From an uncultured Holophagales bacterium (GTDB lineage: Bacteria; Acidobacteriota; Thermoanaerobaculia; Multivoradales; UBA5704): a stretch of 64,000 nt of DNA. The DNA lies in contig CAWJGT010000001.1 in NCBI GenBank assembly GCA_963842525.1, positions 448,001 to 512,000 on the forward strand. The letters are read 5' to 3'. The notes beneath the pieces are model-generated. The model had not been told where the DNA came from. It worked only from the letters and a program-made list of their open reading frames with translations, and ran no database searches. Both the position numbers and the translations under genes were made by a program. Below, in pieces: positions 19,901 to 29,944 of this stretch. Every line of letters starts with the position of its first letter. Position 1 is the first letter of the stretch.

Positions 19901-20440
19901 CAGCAGATAGTCGGAGCCGCCGGCCATCAGCCCCAGGGCCTGGACGCGGAAGTGCTCGATCAGCTCCTCGAAGGTGATGCCGCCGGTCACCGAGATGGCC
20001 TTGGTGGTCGGTCCCATGGAGCCGCAGACGAAGCGGATGCGCTCCGGCGTGTCGTGCCGGGCGCAGGCGGCGCGGGCGATGCGGGCCGAGGCGGCGTTGA
20101 GCTCGTAGGCCTCGTGCGCCAAATCGTATTCGGCGAGCACCAGCGGCGTGCCGCCGAACGAGTTGGTCTCGACGACGTCGCAGCCAGCGGAGAGGTATCC
20201 CTCGTGCACGCCGTCGACCACGTCGGGCCGCGTGGCGTTGAGGTTCTCATTGCACCCTTCGAGGTCCGGCCCGCCGAAGTCCTCGGCGGTCAGGTGGACG
20301 CCCTGGAGCGCAGTGCCGGTGGCGCCGTCGAGGACAAGGATGCGCTGCTCCAGCGCCGCGAGCAGGGCCGACGTCCGCGCCTCGAGGTCGGCGGGCCGAG
20401 AGGGAATGGGGGTGTCGAAGATCGAATCGCTCGCAGCCAT
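16940..20440 (-). CDS. metH: Cobalamin-dependent methionine synthase
   Basis: LDGATGT, GLNCATGP, GGCCGTT, GERTNVLGSRKF, ATVKGDVHDIGKNLV, RYSFGYPACPDL. Confidence 0.98.
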   Translation of the reverse strand: MAASDSIFDTPIPSRPADLEARTSALLAALEQRILVLDGATGTALQGVHLTAEDFGGPDLEGCNENLNATRPDVVDGVHEGYLSAGCDVVETNSFGGTPLVLAEYDLAHEAYELNAASARIARAACARHDTPERIRFVCGSMGPTTKAISVTGGITFEELIEHFRVQALGLMAGGSDYLLLETQQDTRNVKAGLIGLERAFAQAGWKIPVAVSVTIETTGTMLGGQDAEALAVSLLHADLLYVGLNCATGPDLMADHLRTLSEICRTRTACVPNAGLPDEDGRYHEGPDTFVKVFSRFLDAGWLNLVGGCCGTTAAHVTALAELVKGLPPRRIPHHHRSLVSGLEAVELTPDNRPLLVGERTNVLGSRKFKRLIADGNYEAAAEVGRAQVRAQAQVLDVCLQDPDRDETADVEAFLDRLIRMVKAPLMIDSTDAAVMERALTYCQGKAVLNSINLEDGRSRFEKVVPLAKRFGAALIVGLIDEKGMAVTVERKIEVARRSYQILVEEMGIAPEDIWWDALVFPCGTGDAAYLGSAAQTIEGVRSVKEIFPDTKTILGVSNVSFGLPNAGREVLNSVFLYHCTKAGLDAAIVNTEKLARYSEIPQEERDLAEALIYLPVGDIEAGNQAVEAFTAHFRGRASGIGAKPRADLPLDERLARAVVEGSKVGLEKDLDEALADPRWPAPLDIINGPLMAGMSEVGRLFNENQLIVAEVLQSAEVMKAAVSQLEPHMEKAGDAGRGRVILATVKGDVHDIGKNLVDIVLSNNGFQVVNLGIKVPSERLIQAVWEHKPDVIGLSGLLVKSAQQMVLTASDLAAAGIAIPLLVGGAALTRRFTHRKIAPAYGSLCTYARDAMHGLKLVERLLDPAVRSDLEQEVAGLIATDTVEAGTGAAEPSEGVAPAIHTVRRDLPVPQPPDVLRHTEELNLDEVWAYLNPQMVYGKHLGLKGSVRRLKEEGDPKLAKLEAVIEELKDLARDGAMTARAVWRFFPAQAQGDRLTLICPGTGRPITGWDFPRQSRNGGLCLTDFVLPEDHVALFVTTAGDGIRERVEEWKHKGEYLKSHAFAALALETAEAAAEYLHARLRADWGFPDPADMPFEDKLAARYRGKRYSFGYPACPDLAFQRGLFEALRPEEIGVELTEGDMMDPEASVSALVFHHPDARYFGV

Positions 20441-20464
20441 CTCTGTCTTTGTCTCCCGGAAATG

Positions 20465-20500
20465 AAAAACCCGCCTCGTTTTGCATTACGAGAGCGGGTC
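20465..20500 (-). terminator. Riboswitch expression-platform terminator
   Basis: Minus strand CCCGCTCTCGT-aatgcaaa-ACGAGGCGGG-TTTTT; its CTCGTAATGC is complementary to the aptamer 5' GCATTACGAG. Confidence 0.75.
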
Positions 20501-20544
20501 TTCCCACCGGACATTTGATTGCCGCCCCTGTCGGAAGGGAGGCC

Positions 20545-20642
20545 GCATCCTCGCGCATTCGCGCGAGAGGGCACCTTGGGTGTCCGCCCCAGGTTGCCGA
20601 GCCCGGTTCTCTTCCCATCAGAAGCCGGGCCGCTCGTAATGC
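20545..20642 (-). promoter_or_regulatory. SAM riboswitch (SAM-I clan, probably SAM-I/IV variant)
   Basis: GCATTACGAG...GGCAACC-tgggcggacaccca-AGGTGCC...GGATGC core upstream of metH. Confidence 0.8.
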
Positions 20643-20674
20643 GAGAAGCAGCGTAGATCAGGCGGCTGTGGATG

Positions 20675-21088
20675 TCAACGGCGGGTCTTCGACTGATCAG
20701 GCGTTATCAGATGGTCCCGAATCCACCCCGCCAGATCCTGCTCGGTCAACCGACCCTCTGCCAGACGGAGGAAGGTGAGGTATTTATCCTCTTGGGGCGC
20801 GTCGAGATCTTGTCCGTTCAGCTTCAGAAAGGTGCGGCAGACCACATAGGCCGTGCGCTTGTTGCCGTCTACGAAGGGATGGTTCCGGACGAGCCCCCAG
20901 GCGTACGAAGCAGCCAACAGGGCGACATCCGGCTCTTCCGCGGAGTACGCAAGGAGGTTCTTCGGCCGCGCCAGAGCAGAATCCAGGAGGCCTGGATCGC
21001 GAATGCCCTCGCTGCCACCGTGCTCGGCCAGTTGGCGGCGATGGATGGCCAGCACCACGTCATCGCGGACCCAGACCGGCTCGTCCAT
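20675..21088 (-). CDS. doc: Doc/Fic family toxin
   Basis: GIRDPGLLDSALARP, HPFVDGNKRT. Confidence 0.93.
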   Translation of the reverse strand: MDEPVWVRDDVVLAIHRRQLAEHGGSEGIRDPGLLDSALARPKNLLAYSAEEPDVALLAASYAWGLVRNHPFVDGNKRTAYVVCRTFLKLNGQDLDAPQEDKYLTFLRLAEGRLTEQDLAGWIRDHLITPDQSKTRR

Positions 21089-21093
21089 GAGGG

Positions 21094-21315
21094 CTATTCG
21101 GCGAGCTTCCGCAGCACGTTGCGGTCTTCGCGCATCACGCGCTCGGCTATCTCCATCTGGGCTGCGAATTCCGGGTCATAGGGAGTCAGCTCGATGCCGG
21201 TAGGTGTCTCGATGACATAGAGCGTATCCCCACGATCCACTCGCAGGTGCTGCAGAATCTCCTTCGGCAGGACAACGCCCGTTGAATTGCCAATCGTGGT
21301 GAGCTTCAGGGTCAT
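21094..21315 (-). CDS. AbrB/MazE family antitoxin
   Basis: LKLTTIGNSTGVVLPKEIL..L.V..GD; directly upstream of doc. Confidence 0.92.
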   Translation of the reverse strand: MTLKLTTIGNSTGVVLPKEILQHLRVDRGDTLYVIETPTGIELTPYDPEFAAQMEIAERVMREDRNVLRKLAE

Positions 21316-21337
21316 TGCGCGCCTCCTCGAAGCAGGA

Positions 21338-21356
21338 TTATAACAGAAGTTATAAC
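21338..21356. promoter_or_regulatory. Palindromic operator / -10 region of the abrB-doc operon
   Basis: TTATAAC-agaa-GTTATAAC, AT-rich, 22 nt upstream of the antitoxin start. Confidence 0.65.
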
Positions 21357-21398
21357 CGTCTTGGAACCGAAATCCGCGCGATCGGGGCCGGCCGACGT

Positions 21399-21650
21399 GT
21401 GACCGGGAGCGCGGTCTGCGTCACCGGTCTCGCGGTCCCTATGATGCGGACCGCGAAACACGTTGCCGACCTGCGGCCCCAGTCACAGGGACCGCGGTCC
21501 GTGTGACTGGGATCATGATCGCTGTGACTGGACTCATGGTCCGCCTGACTGGACGCATAGTCCCCGTCACAGGGACCGGAAGACAGCAACAGGTCTTGCG
21601 ATCCGGATCACAGGGACCGCGAAGCCAGCGACAGGGACCGCAGTCCGCGG
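21399..21650. repeat. Degenerate 21-nt-period tract with imperfect inverted arms
   Basis: Units such as tgactgggatcatgatcgctg / tgactggactcatggtccgcc / tcacagggaccggaagacagc; 21409-21466 is an imperfect inverse of 21586-21643. Confidence 0.65.
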
Positions 21651-21741
21651 AGGGGTGATTCCAGGTCCTGGCGGCTCGACGTGCCGAGAGCGACGGCGGC
21701 TCGCGAGACAGGACGCTGGGGCGGCCGGTCCGGAAGCAAGG

Positions 21742-21812
21742 CTATTCGGCGAGCCTCCGCAGCACGTCACGGTCTTCGCGCATCACGCGCTCGGCCACTT
21801 CGAACTGGCGGC
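21742..21812 (-). pseudogene. 3' remnant of a second AbrB antitoxin
   Basis: Encodes QFEVAERVMREDRDVLRRLAE*, close to the end of the 21094-21315 protein (QMEIAERVMREDRNVLRKLAE*). Confidence 0.8.
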
Positions 21813-22190
21813 GTAGAGAGCTTTGGCATCGACGAGGGATTGAGTCGGGAGGAGATCTCTACTTTCCGCAGAGAAAAGAATTTGCGGACACGCTGGAATG
21901 CGCGAACTGGGGCTGGGCGAACGCGCCAGGCAGAGCGCCAGGTGCAGAGCCGGCGGAATGTCGTCGTTGAACAACTCCAGCCAGGACCGGCTCGGCCCGG
22001 CTTTCGATGGCGTAGCCGAGCAGGCCCGGCTTCATGCCGGGATCGCGAGCCCAACCCACGATCCAGCCCCGGAGGGGCGGCACGCTCAATAAGAGCCCTG
22101 TGACCCGAAGGAGGAACGCAGGTTTCCGCTTGTCGTTACCTTCGCCATCGAGAAGCGCGCTACACTCGCCAGGAGCGAACGAGGGCTGCG

Positions 22191-22432
22191 ATGGTCAAAG
22201 GCATAGAAGAAGCGGTGGCGAAGCTCAGAGCAGATCCCGGGCACCCGGTGACGGCCGAGATCGACGGACTTGTCGTCGAGGTCCGCTACAAGGGCCGGCG
22301 TACTGCCGCCGACCTCTTCCGAGAAATCGAGCCCCTGGACGACACATCCGCAGAAGAGATGCTGCGGGCCATACGGGAATCCAGGGATCAATCCAGAAAG
22401 CTCGAAGCTACCCAGATCCGCCTGAGCTTTGA
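22191..22432 (+). CDS. Putative VapB-like antitoxin (probably frameshifted near 22390-22410)
   Basis: Small gene upstream of the PIN toxin. The alternative frame ...SYPDPPEL* ends at 22432 with a TTGA overlap on the toxin start; the primary frame runs on to 22601. Confidence 0.6.
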
Positions 22433-22833
22433 CCTGCGTACTCGACTCAAATATCTTCATCGCCGGGCTCAACGGCAATGCTGCGGTGCTACGTCGCCTC
22501 GCCGCATTGAATCCGGAGGACATCATTCTCTGCGCTCCCGTACTCGCCGAGCTCGAATACGGAGCCCGCTTCTCCGGTCAGGAGGAGAAAAATCTCAATA
22601 AGATCAAGTCTCTCTCAAGCCGGACGCGCTTCCAGGTCTTTGGTGACGTTGCGGCGCGGCGCTTTGGATTCTTGAAGGCGGAGCTGCGGCGGCGCGGAGC
22701 GCCCAAGGCGGATTTCGACTTGTCCATTGCTGCTATTGCTTTTGATCTTGAGGCAACTCTGGTCTCCGACGACCATGCTTTCCACGACGATCCAATTCCT
22801 GGCCTTGAGGTCGAGAACTGGCTGACAGCCTAA
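22429..22833 (+). CDS. vapC: PIN-domain (VapC) toxin
   Basis: VLDSNIFI, LAELEYGA, DFDLSIAAIA, LVSDD..F, GLEVENW. Confidence 0.92.
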   Translation: MTCVLDSNIFIAGLNGNAAVLRRLAALNPEDIILCAPVLAELEYGARFSGQEEKNLNKIKSLSSRTRFQVFGDVAARRFGFLKAELRRRGAPKADFDLSIAAIAFDLEATLVSDDHAFHDDPIPGLEVENWLTA

Positions 22834-22918
22834 GACCCGCCAGCACCGCGACGCAGTCGGACCACGCCGCATGGGAAGAAGGCCGGCAGGGATGTCGGCG
22901 CTCCGTGCAAGTCACCTC

Positions 22919-23869
22919 TCACACCTTCAGCTTCGCCATCAGCTTCTTGATCGCATTGGCGCTCTGCATGACGTAGAAGTGGAGGGAGGGGATGCCGTGG
23001 GCGAGGAGCTCTTCGCTCTGTTGCAAGGCCCATTCGACTCCGATGTCCACCACCTGCTCGGGCTTGGCCGCGAGGACCTCGTCGGCCAGCTCGGGGGGGA
23101 TCTCGACGTGGAAGTTGCTCGGGATCGTGGTGAGCTGCTTGACCCCGGTCAGGATCTTGAGCCCGGGGAGGATCGGCACCGTGATCCCGTGCTCCCGGCA
23201 GGCCTCGACGAACCGGAAGTAGTGGGCGTTGTTGAAGAACATCTGGGTGACGACGTAGTGCGCCCCCTCGTCGACCTTCTCCTTGACCCGGCGGACGTCG
23301 AGCGGCAGGTTCGGCGCCTCGAAGTGCTTCTCGGGATAGCCGCCGACGCCGATGCAGAAGGTCGAGGGCTCGGCGTCGAGCAGGTCCTGCTCCAGGTACT
23401 TCCCGCGGTTCATCGCCGCGATCTGGCGGACCAGGTCGCAGGCGTATGGGTTGGCGCTGCGGCCGTATTGCAACGGCTTCTGGAAGCCGCTGTCGTCCCC
23501 GCGCACGGCGAGGACGTTGTCGATCCCCAGGTACTTCAGCTCGATGAGGAAGTCCTCGGTCTCCTCGCGGGTGAAGCCGCGGCAGAGGATGTGGGGGACG
23601 GCGTCGATCTGGTACTTGTTCTGGAGCAGGGCGCAGACGCCCAGGGTGCCGGGTCGCTTGCGCTTGACCCGGCGCTGGAGGCCCTGCGGCGTCTCCTCGT
23701 ACATGACCTCGGCCGCGTGGCTGGTGATGTCGATGAACGGCGGCCGGTACTTGACCAGGTCGTCGATCAGGGCGAGGAGCTGCTGGACGTTGCCGCCGCG
23801 CAGGGGCGGGATGATCTCGAAGCTGATCAGCGGCCGGTCGGCGCGGGCCAGGTGCTCGGTGACTTTCAT
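22919..23869 (-). CDS. metF: Methylenetetrahydrofolate reductase
   Basis: ISFEIIPP, VPHILCRG, VLAVRGD, GGYPEKH, VTQMFF, LHFY; ATG at 23869. Confidence 0.95.
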   Translation of the reverse strand: MKVTEHLARADRPLISFEIIPPLRGGNVQQLLALIDDLVKYRPPFIDITSHAAEVMYEETPQGLQRRVKRKRPGTLGVCALLQNKYQIDAVPHILCRGFTREETEDFLIELKYLGIDNVLAVRGDDSGFQKPLQYGRSANPYACDLVRQIAAMNRGKYLEQDLLDAEPSTFCIGVGGYPEKHFEAPNLPLDVRRVKEKVDEGAHYVVTQMFFNNAHYFRFVEACREHGITVPILPGLKILTGVKQLTTIPSNFHVEIPPELADEVLAAKPEQVVDIGVEWALQQSEELLAHGIPSLHFYVMQSANAIKKLMAKLKV

Positions 23870-23983
23870 GTTCCTGGGGCCGGCAGCGTATCCCGGGGTC
23901 CCGCGGGGGTCAAGATGGAGGCAGGAGGGTTTTTCCGGTTCGTATAAAGTCCCGGCCATGAGTCTTTTTGCCACGGGCGCGCG

Positions 23984-25390
23984 ATGAGCCACTGGACCGG
24001 GGAGACCGCCTCCCGCCAGGCCCTGCGCGTCCTCGGCGACGGGCTCGCCGCGCTGACCGCCCTGGCCGGAGCGTTCCTCGTCCGCATCCACCTGCCGCTG
24101 CCCTTCACGGAAGGGCTCCTGCCGAGCGACCGGCTGGTCTTCCTGGCCCTCGAATGGCCGGCGGTGCTCGTGCTCCAGCTCGCCAGCCTCTATTTCTTCG
24201 GCTTCTACGACCCACCGCGTCCGCGCAGCCGGACCGAGGTCGCCCGTCGCCTGTCGGCGGCCGTGGTCGCCCAGGCGCTGGTCCTGATGGGTTATTACTT
24301 TCTCGGTAACCGCGGCTTCCCCCGCTCGGTGCTGCTGCTCTATCTCGCCCTCGACTTCCTGCTCGTCCTGGCTTGGCGGCTGGCGCTCGACCGCACGGAG
24401 CGCCGCCTCGAGCGGCGGGTGGCGATCGTGGGCAGCGGCCAGGCGGCGCGCGAGATCGCCCAGGCGCTACGCATCCACCCTTGGCACGGCCTGCGGGTGG
24501 TGGGCTACGTGCCCCTCCCGCACGAGGCGATGCCCTCTGCGGAAGGCACCGTGGATCCCGAGCTCGGGCCGTGCCTGGGCACGCCGGAGGACCTGCCCCG
24601 GCTGCTCGCCGACGGCGCCATCGAAGACATCGTCCTCGCCGACAGCGGCGATTCCTGGCAGACGCGGCTCATCGACAGCCTGGCGGGCACCCGGCCGGAC
24701 CACACCAACGTGCTCCTCCTGCCCGGCCCCTTCGAGAGCCTGATCGGGCGGATGCGCTATCGCTGGGTGCACGACCTGCCGCTGATCGAGGTCGTCCGCG
24801 AATCGGAGTGGCGGATCAACCGGCCGCTCAAGCGCCTGCTCGACCTGGCGGCCGGCTCGGTCCTCTTCCTTCTCGCCCTGCCGGTCCTCGCCGTGTGCGC
24901 CATGGCGGTCCGGACGACCTCTCCGGGGCCCGTCTTCTACCGCCAGAGGCGGGTCGGCCGCGGGCGGCGGCCCTTCACCCTGCTCAAGCTCCGCACCATG
25001 CGGGTCGACGCCGAGGCCGAAGCGGTGGAGGTGCTGGCCCAGCCGGGCGATCCGCGCCTGACGCCGATCGGGGCGTTCCTGCGCCGGTTCCGGCTGGACG
25101 AGATCCCGCAGCTCCTGAACGTCCTCCAGGGGGCGATGAGCCTGGTCGGCCCGCGGCCCGAGCGGCCGGGCTTCGTGCAGCGCTATCTCCAGGAGGTGCC
25201 CGGCTACGCCGAGCGCTTCTCCCTCGCCCCGGGGCTGACCGGCCTGGCGCAGGTCAACGGCGACTACAACTCCAGCCCGCAGAACAAGCTGCGCTACGAG
25301 CTCGCCTACATGGCCAACTGGAGCCTCTGGCTCGACCTGTCGATCCTGCTGCGCACGGTGAAGATCGTCCTGACGTCGCGCGGAGTCTGA
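23984..25390 (+). CDS. Polyprenyl-phosphate sugar phosphotransferase (WcaJ-like)
   Basis: Four N-terminal TMs, KRLLD, GPVFYRQRRVG, KLRTM, RLDEIPQL.NV..G.MSLVGPRPE, PGLTGLAQV. Confidence 0.95.
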   Translation: MSHWTGETASRQALRVLGDGLAALTALAGAFLVRIHLPLPFTEGLLPSDRLVFLALEWPAVLVLQLASLYFFGFYDPPRPRSRTEVARRLSAAVVAQALVLMGYYFLGNRGFPRSVLLLYLALDFLLVLAWRLALDRTERRLERRVAIVGSGQAAREIAQALRIHPWHGLRVVGYVPLPHEAMPSAEGTVDPELGPCLGTPEDLPRLLADGAIEDIVLADSGDSWQTRLIDSLAGTRPDHTNVLLLPGPFESLIGRMRYRWVHDLPLIEVVRESEWRINRPLKRLLDLAAGSVLFLLALPVLAVCAMAVRTTSPGPVFYRQRRVGRGRRPFTLLKLRTMRVDAEAEAVEVLAQPGDPRLTPIGAFLRRFRLDEIPQLLNVLQGAMSLVGPRPERPGFVQRYLQEVPGYAERFSLAPGLTGLAQVNGDYNSSPQNKLRYELAYMANWSLWLDLSILLRTVKIVLTSRGV

Positions 25391-25496
25391 ACCGGAGCGC
25401 GCTTTCCGGGGACCCACGAAAAGAAAGCTTGACTCGGTCAGAAGCCTGGCTTAGAATACGGATGGCTCTCCATCTATATTTTTGTTGAGGCTGCTT

Positions 25497-28400
25497 ATGT
25501 CCGGTCTATCTTTATCTTTTTGCCAGCGATCCTCTCTTTCCAGGTCAGCTCTCGGGCTCGTGTGCCTTCTGGGGCTTGCCGCGGGCGCCGGTACGCTGTT
25601 CGCCGCCTCGACCGGGACCAGCGCGCTCCACACCCCCCAGGGCAGCGGCGCCGGCACAGCCAACGGTGACTACATCACGGCCGATCCGGGCGGCCTCGAT
25701 ACCCTGTACCGCTACTTCATCGAGGTGCCTCCCGGGCTGTCCCGCCTGGTGGTGGAGATCTACGATCCGGACATCGGCCGCGGCGGCAACAACGACGAGA
25801 CCAACGGGCGCGACCGGGACAGGGACGGCTACGACACCCAGGTGGACTACGACCTCATCCGCCCCAACGGCAGCACCGCCGCCTCGCTCAACAACTGCAA
25901 CACCGGCAACAACTGCACCGACAACGGCTGGCATGCGATCCTCGACAGCACCTCGGCGGCCAACACCGCGGCCGGGCACTGGGAGCTGCGGATCGACATG
26001 AGCTCGAACGAGACCGACGGCAACGACATCAACGCCATCGGCATCCGGGCCCACGACAACAACTCCGGCTCGGGTGGGACGGAGCTGCGGGTCTATTACG
26101 ACTCGCACACCTCGGTCGGGGCCAACCCTCCCGGCAGCGGCACGCAGTCGCGCAGCTACGACCTCTATCCATACGTCACCTCGGGCTGCTCCGCGGGCAA
26201 GAACGATTTCGACTTCGACAGCAACCGGGGCAACACGGGCTCGGTGACGCTCGCGAGCCGGACGGGGAGCTTCACCCAGAGCTACGCCAGCACCTCCATG
26301 TCCGCCGACAACGTCTGGCGGCGGGACACCTTCAGCGGCTGGGCCTCCGACACCCAGGCGACCGATTATGGGATCTGGCACGCCGGTCTGACGATCAGCT
26401 CCTATCTCGTCGGCAGCACGCCGAACGGCAACTATGGGCACCTCTGGCTGTCCAACTTCCAGGCGGCGGCCAACCCGCCCGGGGCCAATCCGACGACGAA
26501 CGCCTTCCGGGTCTATCTGCCGACGGACGGCGGGGCGGCCCCGGTCAAGCCCTACGTCGAGCAGCTCCTGACCCACAAGAGCGGGCCCAACCCGCTGCCG
26601 GTGGGCCAGAGCGGGATCTATCAGGTCACCGTGCGGGTGGTGAACCCGACCGCGCAGTCGATCACCTTCTCGGCGTCGAACCTGGTGACGGCCAACGTCC
26701 CGGGCGGCGGCGCGGTCTACAACGGCAACGCCGCGGTCGGCCAGGGGTCGATCGTCAGCCAGCCGGCGGTCAACGGCACCGGCAACGTCACCTGGAACCC
26801 GGGCACGGTCACGGCCGGGACGACGACGATCCTCACCTACCAGGTGCGGGTGACCCCGGCCTCGGCGGGGCAGCGGATCCTGGTGACGGCGACCCCGGCC
26901 TCCGGCAACGGCACCCGCGCCCAGTACCGCGACGAGACCGACAACACGACCCAGGCGCGGGCCTTATACCTGTTCGGCCCGCTCTGCGAGCTGGCGGTCA
27001 CCCAGGGGGAGGTGCTGACCGAGGCGGTCGTCTCCTCCTTCCAGGCGGTCCGCGGCGAGCGCGGGGGCGTGCAGATCGAGTGGACGACGGCCTCGGAGGC
27101 GGGCACGGCGGGCTTCTACGTCTCGCGCTGGGACCCGCGGGCGCGGCGGTATCAGCGGGTGCACGACGGCCTGCTCGCCGGCCTGGTCCACGCTCCCCAG
27201 GGCGGGGCCTATCGCCTGCTCGACGAGGGTGCCTCGCCGCGCGAGCGGCAGGTCTACCTGCTGGAAGAGGTCGAGTCCGGAGGACGGAGGAAGGTCCATG
27301 GGCCGTTCCCCGTGACGGTGTCGTGGGAGCGGCGGGAGCGACCGGAGCGACCGGAACGAGCTGCGCTCGACGGGACCTTCGACCGGATCCCGCACCCGGC
27401 GGCAGGGAGGGCACGGGACCGGCAGGCGCTCGCGGCGGGCATTTCTCCGCCGCTGAAGCCGCCGCAGCCGGGGCAGGCCGCTCTCCACATCTCGGTGCGT
27501 GAGGCAGGCCTCCACTACCTCTCTTCCGGGACCCTCGCCGGGCTGCTCGGCGTCTCGCAGGCGAGCCTCGAGCAGCAGATCGCGAGCGGCATGCTGTTCC
27601 TCGCCCGCAGCGGCCAGGAGGTGGCCTGGCACCCGGACGAGGGAGGGGGTGGGCTCTTCTTCTACGGCGAGGCGCTGGACAGCCCCTATGGCGACACCGG
27701 GGTCTACAAGCTCCAGACCGGCGTCCCCGGCGTGCTCATGGAGGTCGCCGAGGTGGCCGATGCGCCGGCCGGCGCCGCGGGCGACACGTTCGCCGACGTC
27801 CGGCGCACCGAGCGGGACGCCTTCCCGGCCACGGTCCTGCCGCTCGATCCGGACTCGGACTACTGGTTCTGGGAGTTCCTGCAGGGCGGCGATCCGACCT
27901 TCGGGCAGAAGACCTTCGCCGTGGACGCGCCGGACGTGGACGCGGCCGGCGCCGCCTCGCTGGCCGTCGACCTCCAGGGAGCGACGGACAGCGGGACCGC
28001 GGACGAGCACCACGTCGCGGTCCGGCTCAACGGCACCCCCCTGGGCGAGGCGACCTGGCGCGGCCTCATGGCGCATCGGGCCGAGCTTCCCGGTCCCCCC
28101 CGGGCTGCTCCTCGCGAGCGGCAACCAGGTCGAAGTGACCGCGCAGGTGGGCGGCGGGGCTCCCTACAGCATCGTGTACGTGGAGGGCTTCGACCTCGCC
28201 TACCGGCGGCTCTTCCGGGCCGCGGGCGACGCCCTGGCCTTCGCGCCGGGCGGTGTTCCGAGCGGGGCCGGCGTCACCGTCTCCGGCTTCTCCGGAGAGG
28301 CGGTCCGGCTGCTCGACGTCAGCGATCCGCTGCTGCCGCGCTGGATCGAAGGGGCGGCGGTCGAGGCGGACCTCCCCGCGGCGCCCTCGGCATTCCGGCT

Positions 28401-29595
28401 GCGCTTCGCTCCGGACGCGGCGGGCCTCCATCTCGCCGCCGGCCCGGGAGCCGTCAAGGCGCCCGCGGCGGTGCGGCCCTGGAGCCCCCGCATCGTCCTC
28501 CTGAACCTGGGCCGGGCCGACTACCTGATCATCGCCCCGCCGGAGATGCAGGCGGCGGCGGAGCGGCTGGCAGACCTGCGGCGCTCTCAGGGGCTCTCGG
28601 CGCAGGTGATGGACCTGCAGCAGGTCTACGACGAATTCGGCAACGGCTTCCCCGGCCCCCAGGCGATCCGGAGCTTCCTGACCGAGGTCCGGGCGAGGTG
28701 GCGGAACCCTCCTCGGTACGTGGCGCTGGTGGGCGAGGGGACCCTCGACTACCGCAACCTCCTGGGGTACGGCGACAACGTGCTGCCGCCGCTGATGGTG
28801 CAGACCCCCCAGGGCCTCTTCCCTTCGGACAACCGCCTCGCCGACAGCGACGGCGACGGCATGCCCGAGACGGCCATCGGCCGCATCCCGGTGCTGACCG
28901 CGGCGGAGCTGGACGCCTACGTCGACAAGATCGAGGCCTACGAGGCGGCGGACCCGGCGGGCTGGGCCGGCAACGCCCTGCTCCTGGCCGACGCGCCGAG
29001 CGAGGGCACGGACTTCGGTGCGGACAGCCGGGCCCTGGCGGAGCAGATCCCGTCCACCTATACGACGGAGCAGGTCGACCTGACGACGACGACGCTCGCC
29101 GACGCCCGCACCCTCCTCTTCGACGCTCTCAACAGCGGCACCGCGCTGGTGAATTACCTCGGCCATGGCGGCCTCGACCGCCTGTCCGGCGGCGGGCTGC
29201 TCACCAGCGCCGACGTGCCGGACCTGAACAACGCCGACCGGCTGCCGGTCCTCACGGCCATGACCTGCACGGTCAACCGTTTCGCCGTCCCCGGCGTGCC
29301 CTCGCTTGGAGAGCTGCTGGTCAAGAAGCCGAACGGCGGCGCGGCGGCGGTGCTGGGCCCGTCCGGGTTGTCGATCCACCCGGACTCGCGCCTGCTGGCG
29401 GCGGGCTTCTATCGCCGGACCCCGGACCTCGCCGCGGCGCGCCTCGGGGACCTGGTCCTCGCCGCCTACCGGGAGGTCCGCGGCCTGGGCGGCGATCCCG
29501 TCCTGCTGGATATCTACAACCTGCTCGGGGACCCGGCGCTGCGCATCCCCCTGCCCCCGGTCGCGCCGGGCTCGGGAGGGACGAGCGGCGAGTAA
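25497..29595 (+). CDS. Large secreted C25 (gingipain-type) cysteine peptidase; +1 frameshift near 28081-28092
   Basis: Signal peptide, beta-rich domains and WTTASEAGTAGF in the first frame. The second frame has ADYLIIAP, VYDEF, LVGEGT.D, SDN..AD, IGRIP, NYLGHG (His), MTC (Cys), YNLLGDP. Removing one base gives AELPVPPGLL. Confidence 0.88.
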
Positions 29596-29608
29596 GGCCG
29601 CCGAGCCC

Positions 29609-29794
29609 ATGCCGGCGCACGAAAAGCAGGACGCCAGCGAGCCGCCCGATTACGGTGGCCGCGGCCGGCGGCCCTACGAGCCGCCGCGCATCCTCTGGCG
29701 GGAGCCGCTGGAGGCCATGGCGGCGGTTTGCGCGCCGTCGCCGCCGGCCAAGGGGAACCCGGGGTTCTGTCCCCAGGGACCGATTTCGTCGTAG
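29609..29794 (+). CDS. Putative RiPP precursor peptide (61 aa)
   Basis: ATG 13 nt after the C25 stop: MPAHEKQDASEPPDYGGRGRRPYEPPRILWREPLEAMAAVCAPSPPAKGNPGFCPQGPISS. Has a YxxP-type leader and a two-Cys core, and faces the rSAM/RRE operon. Confidence 0.8.
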   Translation: MPAHEKQDASEPPDYGGRGRRPYEPPRILWREPLEAMAAVCAPSPPAKGNPGFCPQGPISS

Positions 29795-29944
29795 GCCCCT
29801 CCCCCGACCCCTCCCCCGCGCGGCCGCCACACTCCCTCCCCGAGCGGGAGAGGGGCGCCTCCACCCGAGTTCTTCTGGTTTCCCCCTCTCCCGTTCGGGG
29901 CGGTGGGCGGGGGACGCACGGGAGAGGGGGCAGGGGGAGAGGGC
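29795..29944. repeat. Divergent CCCTCTCCC-type palindromic element
   Basis: gccctcccccgacccctcccccgcg...cgggagagggggcagggggagagggc between convergent stops. Confidence 0.7.

Noticed and set aside
16601-20518. 1305-aa + strand ORF and 913-aa alternative minus frame
   Set aside because: High-GC shadow frames of metH with no motifs.
21399-21650. Possible CRISPR array (also considered 57730-57927)
   Set aside because: No identical repeats separated by unique spacers, and no cas genes.
23870-23983. Riboswitch upstream of metF
   Set aside because: Short divergent intergenic region with no SAM/SAH/cobalamin core visible.
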